A stretch of DNA of 64,000 nt from Diplonema japonicum (Eukaryota > Protista > Euglenozoa: Diplonemea). The notes under the pieces are model-generated. The model did not search any database. It was not told the origin of the DNA and was given only the letters and a program-made list of their open reading frames with translations. Positions 23,461 to 33,851 of the stretch are shown piece by piece; positions within the stretch are counted from its first letter, which is position 1; the number at the start of each line of letters is the position of its first letter. The position numbers were made by a program, and so were the translations under genes. The DNA is taken from assembly GCA_964019335.1 (NCBI GenBank), contig OZ025723.1, forward strand, positions 124,001 through 188,000, given 5' to 3'.

Positions 23461-23532
23461 GGGAGGGGGTGGGGGGGGAAGGGGGTGTGTTTTTTTTTTT
23501 TTTTTTTTTTTTTTTTGTATCCTTCACAGGCT

Positions 23533-23567
<35 letters not shown>

Positions 23568-24425
23568 TTGTACATTTTTTTTTTTTTTTTTCTGTTATGG
23601 TTTAGTATTTTTTTTTTTTTTTTTTCGCGGGTAAAAAAAAAAAAAGAAAGAAAGAAAAAAAAAAAAAAAGCTGATATCACACTTTTTTTCTTTTTTTTTT
23701 TTTAATTTCCCTTCTCCTTTGTTGAATATAGTGGACCAACCAATAGCAGGGGTAAACTCAAAAAAAAAAAGGAAAAAAAAAGGAACAAAAGGAAGAAATT
23801 AAAAAAAAAGGGGGAGGATTTTTTTTTCACACTCTTTTTTTCGGCTTATCTTTTTTTAATATGAGTGAATCTCGCCCCCCCCCCAAAAAAAACAATTAAT
23901 TACGAGGTTTTTTTTTCTTTTGCGGGAATTGCATTTTGCCCAGGTCTGGTCCCCCAATACAACACGCGCATATCTCCGCATCCCCCCCCTTTTTTTTTAC
24001 TTTGCTGACTTGGCTGAAGTGTAGAAGAAGAGGTCTGGGCTGTTGTGATTTTTTTTCTTCTCTTTTTCTTATATTCCGCGACTCACCTCCATACGAGTTT
24101 CCCCCCTTTTTTTTGAGGAGTCCTGCACATACTGCAGGCCCTTATGTCTCTTTTTTTTTCTCCAATGCCCCCTCCCCAGACACCAACTGGGAACTGAATG
24201 AAGCAAGATGTGGTAGTACAAAAAAAAAAAAAAAAAAAGAGAAATGTTTGACCCTCTCTCGCAATAAATGGATGTATATTTTATTCAAGTGAAGATGATT
24301 ATTTATTCTGGAGGAGGAGAGGGGGGGGGGGGTGTGAAAAGAAAAATTATACAGGAATAGATTTTTTTTAAAGGGGGGAGAAAGGAAAAGATGGTTATCC
24401 GGTTACTGAGCCCCCCCCCCCTCAT

Positions 24426-24630
24426 TTTGTTATTTCACTCAAAAAGAAAACCCCTCTTTCCCAAGCGGGTTTTCTGTGATTGGTTTTTTTTCTTCTTCTT
24501 TTTTTTTCTTTTCTTTTTTGCGCAACGAACAGTAAAATCAGTGATTTCGAAGTAAAAAGAAAATGAAGAGAGTCAAATAAAAACCACCAAGTTCCACGTC
24601 CATCTGGTGAAACTTATGTCACTACCGGCA
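24426..24630 (-). mobile_element. Highly decayed copy of the hairpin/offset-IR element family
   Basis: ttatttcactc (~24430) pairs with gagagtcaaataaaa (~24568), followed by ccac..gtcc..tgaa..tgtcact resembling 17440-17468. Boundaries approximate. Confidence 0.35.
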
Positions 24631-24734
24631 TTTTTTTTTCCCCTTTTTTTCTTTATTACCTCCTTCTTCCTCCTCACTCACTTATGAGGCCTCATAAAAA
24701 AGAATACATATTTATATATCACTCTGTAAAAACT

Positions 24735-24773
<39 letters not shown>

Positions 24774-25152
24774 CTAAACCTCACTACTGAGTTTAAAGTG
24801 ATTTTTTTTTTATGAGACTTCAGTAAGGCGGCACCGATGGTAAACTGATCCAAGTCTTTGAAAAAGCAGCCGGGAAAAAAAAAAGTATACAGTGAGCTGA
24901 CTCAAGATAACTGGGGAAATATATAAAAAAAAAATTGTTTTCCCTTCTTTCTTTTATATCCTCCTTGCCTTCTTTATTATTATTATTATTATCCCCCCCC
25001 CCCCCCACCGGCTTTTCTCCTCTCCCTCATTTCGGCTCTTTCCTTTATCCCCTCATTCTTTTTTTTTTTTTTTTTTTTTTTTTCCTTTCCCCTTTTCTTA
25101 TATCAGTATTAAAAAGGGAGAGGAGAAAAGGAGGAAAAAAAAAAAAAAAAAA

Positions 25153-27042
25153 ATGGAAAAACCTATGGCCACAACAATGACGACGAAATGGGACGGGCTG
25201 GGGGTTCACATAAACCCTCCTTCAGAAACATTCAAACCCAGCAGAATGCGTGCGTTGGGGAGGACCCTGCACTCCGACGATTTGTGGCCGTATTCGATAA
25301 GAGGTGAGCACAATGAGATTCTACCAGGCGTAGTTGGACAAGTTATATCAGAAATGGGCTTCCTGGCATCGGAACGCAATGTACAAGCGGTTATTGATGA
25401 AATAACCGAGTGTCAACGCCTGGTAAAGGGCCTCTCCCAAGAACTGCTCGGAAAAGGCAAAATGGGTGAAATCCTCCGGTTGGTGAACACCGTCACCACC
25501 GCCATGCGGGATGCCAATCAACACGATTTTTTGGACGAAATCACATCTTTAAGCAGGCTTCGCAAGATTTTCTCTGATCAACTCGACGCGGAACAAGAAA
25601 TCCTCGCGAAATCCTCCAACGAATCCGATAAAATTAGAATGCAGCACGAACACCCTCAATTCGGGGTTTGTTGCGAGGGATTAATCGATTCCCTTCTACA
25701 CATCAGGAAACTGTCGAAGAAAGGTGTCAACCCAACACTCTCAAGCTATAAATCAAATGATGCCATCCTCCTCCGCCGGCTTCAACGATACCTATGGACC
25801 CGTAAAGACATCGTTCCACACAGACCCGAGTTTTTAAACCTCAACACTATAATCCCGGACATCCCTGCTGTTGACATGTGGAGTTCCTGTTTCGGGTTCA
25901 CATTATCGATGCCGGTGGGAACATTTGTAGAAGGTTTGATTACGTTTTTGAAGGAGGGTAAACGGGGGTATTTAAAGCCTGTTCTGTGCGGTCTTATGGA
26001 TGAATGCGGTGACGGGCTAGCGACACCGTGGGCTTTTAAACGAATTCTCGCCCTTTTCGGGCCGTTTAGAAAATTGTTGGACACCGTTGAAGCGGAGGTG
26101 TCGCACGCGATGGTTGCATGTGTTGCAACGGTAAACGAAATAAGTTCACGCCTTTCTCCAAACGAGTTTGCCTTCATACAAACAGACGAAGAAGGTGTAC
26201 TATTACACGTGACATCTACCGGCTCCACATCACGCGTTAACAGGCATCACGGGTATTGGTCCGGAACAGGTATCTTCCCCTCGGAGTATCTGTTTTCGCT
26301 CGATTTCGTCGGAACCCATACAAAACCGGGAGGTGATACATTCGGTCTTGCAAAATACAAACCAGATCACGGGTACTGTTCCTCACCTCTCCACAGAGCC
26401 TGTTGCGACAATAACAAAGATTTCGCTACCATGCTTTTACAACGGGGAGGTGTTCTTGCTGTCGACCTCCGCACTTCGCATGGCAACCTGACCCCTCTTA
26501 TGCTTTCCGTGGTGAACACAGTCGGCGACCCAGAACGTATTTGTTATTTATTGGTTAAGGTTGGTGCGAACGTGGACGCAATCGACAGTAAAGGGGAATC
26601 GGCTTTGTTCAAAGCAATTCTCCACAACAGGCCGTCTGTGATACGATTGTTGAAAAGTGCCAAGGCAGCTAGATATGTATGTGAGGGAGTCGAGCCTTTG
26701 CTTCTCTCGTTGGGCCCCACACACAAGCATGACTGGTTCAAACATGATATGTTAACTGCTTCCTATGAACCGTCTGCCCTTACTGTGACTGCTCTGCTTC
26801 AGTTCTACTCCGATCCTGAGGATCTTCCTGCTGTGCTAGCCGCGCTGGATGTTCTGAGTGCCAAGCTAGGGAACAAACCTGAACCGCCTTCCGGGTGCGT
26901 TCATCTGTACTCCGAAGAGAGGACCGAGCTGATCAGGAAACACTCCGCCCGGTTCCACGGCATGTTGCTACCCATCAAACGGGTGCTTTTGGAACACGCT
27001 GCGGGGCTTCGGATTGCAAAGGAATACGGAGGGGAGCAGTAG
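25153..27042 (+). CDS. Ankyrin-repeat protein with Cbl-like EF-hand (possibly degenerate SH2) module
   Basis: Ankyrin repeats SPLHRACC, TPLMLSVV, GANVDAIDSKGESALFKAI. Segment AVDMWSSCFG..MDECGDGLATPWAFKRILALFGPF resembles the Cbl TKB EF-hand. Confidence 0.75.
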   Translation: MEKPMATTMTTKWDGLGVHINPPSETFKPSRMRALGRTLHSDDLWPYSIRGEHNEILPGVVGQVISEMGFLASERNVQAVIDEITECQRLVKGLSQELLGKGKMGEILRLVNTVTTAMRDANQHDFLDEITSLSRLRKIFSDQLDAEQEILAKSSNESDKIRMQHEHPQFGVCCEGLIDSLLHIRKLSKKGVNPTLSSYKSNDAILLRRLQRYLWTRKDIVPHRPEFLNLNTIIPDIPAVDMWSSCFGFTLSMPVGTFVEGLITFLKEGKRGYLKPVLCGLMDECGDGLATPWAFKRILALFGPFRKLLDTVEAEVSHAMVACVATVNEISSRLSPNEFAFIQTDEEGVLLHVTSTGSTSRVNRHHGYWSGTGIFPSEYLFSLDFVGTHTKPGGDTFGLAKYKPDHGYCSSPLHRACCDNNKDFATMLLQRGGVLAVDLRTSHGNLTPLMLSVVNTVGDPERICYLLVKVGANVDAIDSKGESALFKAILHNRPSVIRLLKSAKAARYVCEGVEPLLLSLGPTHKHDWFKHDMLTASYEPSALTVTALLQFYSDPEDLPAVLAALDVLSAKLGNKPEPPSGCVHLYSEERTELIRKHSARFHGMLLPIKRVLLEHAAGLRIAKEYGGEQ

Positions 27043-27232
27043 TTTTTTTTTTTTTTCCAGTGAGCACCCCCATGCACACTGAAATTTTATCGAGTTTTTT
27101 TTTTTTTTCACCTTAATAGATTTGGGTTTACACCTTTTTCCCCCCCCCCGTCCCCCCCCCCCTTTTTTTTCTTCCATTGTTTTTTTTTTTGTATTTACTA
27201 TGACCGGACCCCGCTAAAGATCCCTTCTGGGG

Positions 27233-27288
<56 letters not shown>

Positions 27289-27291
27289 AAG

Positions 27292-29712
27292 ATGGAGTGG
27301 GGTACAGCACAAGCAGTGCCGCTTCTGGGATTTCCAAGTCCGTCCTCAGGAAAGGGGCAGGGGGGGCACAACATGTCGTTCACAGTCTCGGTCACGACAC
27401 TGTCGATGGGGTTGAAAACCTTCGAAATCCGGGTGACTGCGGACACGACGGTAAAACAACTAAAGGAGCTGATCATGCAACAGGACGAGAACTGCCCACC
27501 GCCCGACCGACAGCGGCTCATCTACGCAAAACAAGAACTGAAAAACGAACACGCTGCCCTCGGAAGCCTGAACCCCCCTGTGAACTACGGGTCCAAGTTC
27601 TCAATGGCATCAGAGCTCCAGCTAGAGGAAACAACAACGGTACCTGATGTGATAATGACCAAGGTGACCCACTACCACGATGTGACGGCAGATGTAGCTG
27701 TGAGGCCAGACATGACAGTGGACGAAGTCCTGAACGAGCTACGAATGGGAACACGCGGAGACATCTGGAGCAGCGGTAAATTTCATCACCAGGGCACAAT
27801 GCTGAACGGACACCAAATTTTGTGCGACCTCCCGGGGTTCACAACCGCCCCTGTCCTTCAGTTTTCCCCTGTTGCGCACTCCAACTCCGGTGGTGGGATA
27901 ATGTTCACAGTCACACCGCGCACCACCACACTGTGGATGGAGATTCGATTCTACGAGGGGAACGACTATGTGTCCACACTTCTTGAGGTGGAAGCTGACA
28001 GGACAGTTAGAGGTCTCAAGGAGGATATTGCCTTTGCCTTCCTCTCTAGAATGGGGAAGGACATCCCGCGTACCCGCCAGCACCTCGTGTACAGCGGGCA
28101 GGTGAAAGAAGACACCGACCTCGTTTCAAGCTATCCTCTTGGATCCCGTGGAACATCCTCCTCCGAACCTGCTATCTTCCAACTATACAGCAGGCAAAAC
28201 GACGGCGACCACCCGCTCCTCCCACCCAATGGAAACGACGATGAGTCTCAATCTTCGAGCCAGCGTTCCAACTACAGTATGATATACCCATTATACTTTG
28301 CACTTCTGTTCCTTACGACCGGTATTATATTGCTTGTTCTTGGAGCAATGGATATGAACGATGCCAGCAATGCCGAGTCAGGGTGGTGTGAAGCGGTCTA
28401 TGCGACGAAACAATCTGGTATCCGATGCGAGAAGCAGAGCTCTTCTACATACTTGCCGTCCGTTAAATATGTGAAGTTCAGCTCGGCACCTTCTTATGTA
28501 GAGCCTTGCACACAGTGCACATTCAAAGAAGCAATACATGCCCCTGCCGGTCCTAGAAATAGAAACGATGGGAACAGCACCTGCCCGGCAAACCATGAAC
28601 TTCCCATTGTCAGCAAGAAGATCCATCCTGACCTTTGCAGCCGTGCGAAGGCGGGATCGGATAAATACTACATTCTGGACGGATGGCTTGGGGAGGACAT
28701 GATGTGGTGGTCTTCAAAGGGACCCCTCGATCTTCCATCCCACCTGTTTTCAGCGCAATCTGATCCGCATGAAATCGGATCAAACTTGACACTGTCTTCC
28801 AGTAATTGTTTGTTGAAATCAATTGTACCTTTTGGTTCTTTGCCGGAGCCCGAAAAGTACGGAGCGGTGTGCGTGGAGGTGAACAATGTGCTTCAACAAC
28901 AAACCTGTAAGGGGGCGAATCGAGATTTGAGGGATTTTGATTACGAGCTAACCGCGGACGAGACAGGCCGAAACAGGCCGCTCAGCGAAGTGTGCAACAA
29001 TATATGCGAAAAACAGTGCGATATATCGTATGAATTGGACTGGAAATCTGCGTCCAGAGGGTTCTGCTGCTCTTCTTCATATAGTGGAAACACCTGCACG
29101 TGCGTAACTCACAAGTTTCACTCCGACACCGAGCATATGGAGGGATCTGTTGCCATTAAGAAACCCCCATTGGTGGTTGTTAGAACTGACAAACCGCATG
29201 CTGCAACCTTATTTTACAAGTTCAGCGGGCAATCTGTGGATGGATGGAACATTAAAGTGTCCGAGGATCACTCCGAGGAAAGCTGTGCCGAAGAATGTGT
29301 CCTGATTGAAAATTGTGTTACATTTATCTACACAGACACTGGGGAGTGTAACTTGTGGAGCCATCCACCGCATGAGATAGATCGCGACGGGGAATTTTCA
29401 AAAAGCTCTCCTAGTAGCGGTAATATTAAAAATCTTTACACAACCCAGCCCTTTTCGAGGATAATCAAGAATGTTGAGTTTCCCTCTGACATGTCATATG
29501 GGTTCTCTGGTGACTGCCATGCGGTGGTGTTTGACGTTGCTTTAAGGCCTTTCCGCTGTCACCTTGTAGAGCGCGACACTGTCATGTTTGGGGAGGCGCC
29601 CGATGGTGAAAGTGCGAGCTTTAAAAGTATCTTATTTGTGGCTTTGGGGTCTGTATTTATCCTTATTGCATGTGGGTGCATTGCGCTTGCTGTTTTGGGG
29701 AGAAGGGGGTAA
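27292..29712 (+). CDS. 3xUBL-TM-Cys-rich/PAN-like ectodomain-TM protein, paralogue 2 (alternative start 27373)
   Basis: 806-aa ORF. UBL PPPDRQRLIYAKQEL, TM LYFALLFLTTGIILLVLGAM, PAN-like SEESCAEECVLIENCVTFIYTDTGECNLW, C-terminal TM. Confidence 0.85.
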   Translation: MEWGTAQAVPLLGFPSPSSGKGQGGHNMSFTVSVTTLSMGLKTFEIRVTADTTVKQLKELIMQQDENCPPPDRQRLIYAKQELKNEHAALGSLNPPVNYGSKFSMASELQLEETTTVPDVIMTKVTHYHDVTADVAVRPDMTVDEVLNELRMGTRGDIWSSGKFHHQGTMLNGHQILCDLPGFTTAPVLQFSPVAHSNSGGGIMFTVTPRTTTLWMEIRFYEGNDYVSTLLEVEADRTVRGLKEDIAFAFLSRMGKDIPRTRQHLVYSGQVKEDTDLVSSYPLGSRGTSSSEPAIFQLYSRQNDGDHPLLPPNGNDDESQSSSQRSNYSMIYPLYFALLFLTTGIILLVLGAMDMNDASNAESGWCEAVYATKQSGIRCEKQSSSTYLPSVKYVKFSSAPSYVEPCTQCTFKEAIHAPAGPRNRNDGNSTCPANHELPIVSKKIHPDLCSRAKAGSDKYYILDGWLGEDMMWWSSKGPLDLPSHLFSAQSDPHEIGSNLTLSSSNCLLKSIVPFGSLPEPEKYGAVCVEVNNVLQQQTCKGANRDLRDFDYELTADETGRNRPLSEVCNNICEKQCDISYELDWKSASRGFCCSSSYSGNTCTCVTHKFHSDTEHMEGSVAIKKPPLVVVRTDKPHAATLFYKFSGQSVDGWNIKVSEDHSEESCAEECVLIENCVTFIYTDTGECNLWSHPPHEIDRDGEFSKSSPSSGNIKNLYTTQPFSRIIKNVEFPSDMSYGFSGDCHAVVFDVALRPFRCHLVERDTVMFGEAPDGESASFKSILFVALGSVFILIACGCIALAVLGRRG

Positions 29713-30397
29713 CCCTTAGGCAGCGAGGTTAAGAGGTGATTTGGGATGAGAAGTTCGTGCCATATTGAGGACCCTCTTCTTTCGGAGGAAAAAAAAAAAG
29801 AAGAAAAAAAAAAAAAGAAAAAAAAAGTAACATAACGCTATGCGTTTACGTTTTTTTTTTTTTTTTTGGGAACCCCAAATTTTGAGGGAAAAAATGAGGA
29901 AAATTATCAATTCCTTTTCACCCCCCCCCCCCCCCCCATTTTCCCTTAGAGGGACACCGCGCTTTGTCTCCTGCTCTCTTAAATACTCTTACGGTTTTTT
30001 TTTTCTTCTTTTTTTGTTTTTGTTTTGTTACAAATATTTATCTTTCAAAAAAATGATTTTATAACTATATGCAACACTTTGTGCCGAGCAAAAATAAAAA
30101 AATAAAAAAAAAAAAAACTTTCGAAGCTTTTAAAAAAACCGTTTTTTTTTTTTTTGCTCGTGCGAACAATAAAGACATATAGTCAATTTTTTTTTTTAAA
30201 TCCGTTTTACCTTTCAGATCTCCAGTGAAAAAAAAAAAAAAAAAGAAAGAAAGAGAAAAAAGAAAAAAAAGAAGAAATTGTTTTAACATTTGCTAAGTGT
30301 GTGTGTTTTCCCTTATGCAACTTTGCCGAGCAATTTTCTTTACTGGCTCGTGCAAGAACATAGGATAGCAAAGAATTCTCTTTTTTTTGTTTCTTCT

Positions 30398-30432
<35 letters not shown>

Positions 30433-30934
30433 CTTTTTTTTGAAAATCCCTCCCAATAAGAGGTTAATAGAATGAAGTCTTGCTCAATTTTCTTGAGAGC
30501 AAGAAGAAGAAGAAAAAAAAAAAAGAAAATAATGAGAAACAAAAATTCGATTGTTTATTCGAGATAAAGGGAGGCCGGAGCATCTGCACGACGTTCTCCC
30601 ACAAAAAAAAAAAAAAGAAAAAAGAAAAAAAAAACTCGAATTTGGACCGTGTGCTAAGCACCCCCCCCCTTTTTTTTCTCTTATTGTGTATTCTTTTCTT
30701 ATTCATATTCATGTCCCGGTTCGGCCGTGCACGACCCTGCACCATCGTTAAGGAATTTTTCTCCGTCAGAAAAAAATGCAAAATCACGGCGGCAGTTTTC
30801 AAAACTATTAAGCCCCTCCGGGAGAAAAAATATGGACGATTTACTGTGGGGTCCCCTGGATCTTCCTCTTCTAGGGGTACCGCGACTGTCCTCATTAGCA
30901 TTAAGAAGGAGTGAGGGGGCAGGGGGGGCACAAC

Positions 30935-33274
30935 ATGTCGTTCACAGTCTCGGTCACGACACTGTCGATGGGGTTGAAAACCTTCGAAATCCGGGTGACT
31001 GCGGACACGACGGTAAAACAACTAAAGGAGCTGATCATGCAACAGGACGAGAACTGCCCACCGCCCGACCGACAGCGGCTCATCTACGCAAAACAAGAAC
31101 TGAAAAACGAACACGCTGCCCTCGGAAGCCTGAACCCCCCTGTGAACTACGGGTCCAAGTTCTCAATGGCATCAGAGCTCCATCTCGACGAAGTAGTTGC
31201 CGTCCCCGATATCATGACCAAGGTGACCCACTACCACGATGTGACAGAAGAAGTTGCTGTGAGGCCAGACATGACAGTGGACGAAGTCCTGAACGAGCTA
31301 CGAATGGGAACACGCGGAGACATCTGGAGCAGCGGTGGGATGCTCTACCAAGGGGCACCCCTAGACGGACACCAAATTTTGTGCGACCTCCCGGGGTTCA
31401 CAACCGCCCCGGCCCTTCAGTTCTTCCCCCCTGTGAATTCCAACTCTGCTGTGATAACACCTGTCCTTCAACCAGACTCTGCTCTGTGGGTGGAGGTTCG
31501 ATTCTACGAAGGTACCGATCACACATCGACGCTGATACAAGTCAGTCCTGAGAGGACCGTTGGGGATTTCAAGGAAGACATTGCAGGTGCATTCTCTGCA
31601 ATGGGGAAGGACATCCCGCGTACCCGCCAGCACCTCGTGTACAGCGGGCAGGTGAAGACGGACACCGACCTCGTTTCAAGCTTCCCGTTTGGAACACGAG
31701 GAACGTCATTCGAACCTGCCATCTTCCAACTGTACAGCAGGCAAGGTGAAGGTGACCACCCGCTCCTCCCACCCACCGGAGATACTGAATCGCAAGCTTC
31801 CCGTAATTCCTCCAACGAGGCCACTGCTATTGTAGCGAAGGTTATGCTGCCGTTTTTATGTTTTTTGGTGTTGGGGCTTGGGGTGGTTCTTTGTGTTCTT
31901 GGTGCGATGAGTCTAACTACGGGCAGCAGTGAGACGGGGCTGTGCAGGGCAAGCTTTTCCACAATCGCTCGGGGCGTAAACTGCAACGACAGAGTTCTCT
32001 TGAGGAACGGGGGGTACGCGTACAAACCCGCTATTTCTTACCTGAATTACAATACCTCAATAGACTTCTACACGCAGCCCTGTGAAACGTGCAACTTCAC
32101 CGAAGCATTGCAACGGAGCGAAACACCCTGGAGAGAAGTCTGCCCGACGGGCGAGGAACTTCCAATCGTAACAAACGAGATCCCCAGCGAATTATGCAAG
32201 CGGGCACAAGACGGAACCTCACCGTACTACCCCTTGGACGGGTGGCTTGATAAACAAGGGAAATGGAGGTCATCGGCGGGGCTCATTAACGTCCCTGAGA
32301 AGTTGTTTTTGAAGATCCCGAGATACGGGAATCTACAGGATGACAACACTGGGTGGAACCTTAGTCTGTTTGTTTCGAACGAGGAGTGCAGTTTGCAAGC
32401 GGTGCCGCCGTCTGCCGTGGAGGATTCTTTTGGAGCTGTATGCATGGTGACAGAGGTTAAGGGAACGGTGGTTCATGACAGGCGGTGCACTGGGACGGAT
32501 CGGCGGACCACGTCCTACCGTTTGATAAACTCGGTGATGTCGTCGAGCGCCTGCCGCGACGTGTGCAAATGGGACTGCGAGAACCCCGGTACTGATAAAA
32601 AAACCACGTTTGACGGTTCTTGCTGCGATTCTGTGTACGACAACACCCAAACACGATGCGTCTGCACGCGGAACAAAGCCAACAGGAACACCACCGCAGC
32701 TCCCGGGCACACCGCAATTCTGACACCGCCAATCGAACTTTCTACAAACACAGACCCGAAAAACACCGTTTTTTTCAAGTACGAAAGGAAGCTCGCCACC
32801 AACAGTGGCTTCCCCGACATTGCTCTTGTAGACGATGTGTCCCGTGTGAAGGACTGTGCCAAGCTCTGCGTTGAGACGAACGGTTGCAAAACATTCGTGT
32901 ACGAAGAGTTCAAAAAGACTTGTCAGCTGTGGTCTCCTCCTGTAAAGGAAATTAACCAACCCAGCGGTATGCCGGACGGGCCTATAGGAACCGCCACGTA
33001 CACCACGAACCCCCATACGAGGATTGTGCAGAATAAGCTTGTTTTACCTACTACAGACTGGCAGTTCGCGGTGAAGGATGATTGTTTGTACGCTGCACGA
33101 AAGCTTCTTGAATTTCCGTTTGAATGTCACTTGGACGGTGACGGGTCTCCTGTCTTGGGTGCGAACAAATATTCCCCGGAACGGAGCGGCTCGGGGATTG
33201 CCATGTTCATCATATCCTTTGTTTTCCTGTGCTGGGCCTGTTGCTTGTGTCTTTACGCGATCATGGACGACTAA
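30935..33274 (+). CDS. 3xUBL-TM-Cys-rich/PAN-like ectodomain-TM protein, paralogue 3
   Basis: First ATG at 30935 (the track start is GTG). The 5' part is identical to paralogue 2. PAN-like VKDCAKLCVETNGCKTFVYEEFKKTCQLW and two TMs. Confidence 0.85.
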   Translation: MSFTVSVTTLSMGLKTFEIRVTADTTVKQLKELIMQQDENCPPPDRQRLIYAKQELKNEHAALGSLNPPVNYGSKFSMASELHLDEVVAVPDIMTKVTHYHDVTEEVAVRPDMTVDEVLNELRMGTRGDIWSSGGMLYQGAPLDGHQILCDLPGFTTAPALQFFPPVNSNSAVITPVLQPDSALWVEVRFYEGTDHTSTLIQVSPERTVGDFKEDIAGAFSAMGKDIPRTRQHLVYSGQVKTDTDLVSSFPFGTRGTSFEPAIFQLYSRQGEGDHPLLPPTGDTESQASRNSSNEATAIVAKVMLPFLCFLVLGLGVVLCVLGAMSLTTGSSETGLCRASFSTIARGVNCNDRVLLRNGGYAYKPAISYLNYNTSIDFYTQPCETCNFTEALQRSETPWREVCPTGEELPIVTNEIPSELCKRAQDGTSPYYPLDGWLDKQGKWRSSAGLINVPEKLFLKIPRYGNLQDDNTGWNLSLFVSNEECSLQAVPPSAVEDSFGAVCMVTEVKGTVVHDRRCTGTDRRTTSYRLINSVMSSSACRDVCKWDCENPGTDKKTTFDGSCCDSVYDNTQTRCVCTRNKANRNTTAAPGHTAILTPPIELSTNTDPKNTVFFKYERKLATNSGFPDIALVDDVSRVKDCAKLCVETNGCKTFVYEEFKKTCQLWSPPVKEINQPSGMPDGPIGTATYTTNPHTRIVQNKLVLPTTDWQFAVKDDCLYAARKLLEFPFECHLDGDGSPVLGANKYSPERSGSGIAMFIISFVFLCWACCLCLYAIMDD

Positions 33275-33851
33275 AGAAGGTGAGGAAACAAAAAGAAAGT
33301 AAAATAAAAGAAAAGAAAAGTGTAATCTCCCCTCTTCCCCCCCCCCCCCCCCCCCACATCGATGATTACTACAAAGTGGTGGCGTGCATTGGAACGCCGT
33401 TTGGCACGTGTAGTTTCCCCCCCCCCCCAGATTTTTTTCTTCTTACTTACAACAAGGTGGCCACATTTATTATGATCGGGGGGGGGGGGGAGAGGAAGAA
33501 TTTTCCCCCCAGAAATGGTTAACACCCCCCCTCCCCTCCAGGGTGCTTGTGCAGCGACAAAAGTTTTCTTTCCTATGAATCCTTTTTCCCAGAAAACACG
33601 TCAAGAAAAGGCACATCGGTCTGCTTCGGGGGAACCCGAAGTGGTGTCTTGCTTCCCCCCCCCCCCCCCCCCCCCCTTCTTCTTGTTATGTTTATGTTCA
33701 GGATGTATTCTCTATTCGGTAAAAAAGAAAAAAAAAAACTGTTTTCTACATCTCGAAATCTCTTTGTAAGAACCAATAGGACAAACGAAAAGGAGAAACC
33801 AAATGGTGCTAGAGAGCACAGACTAGAGAATAAAGAGAACACTAGTGGGCG

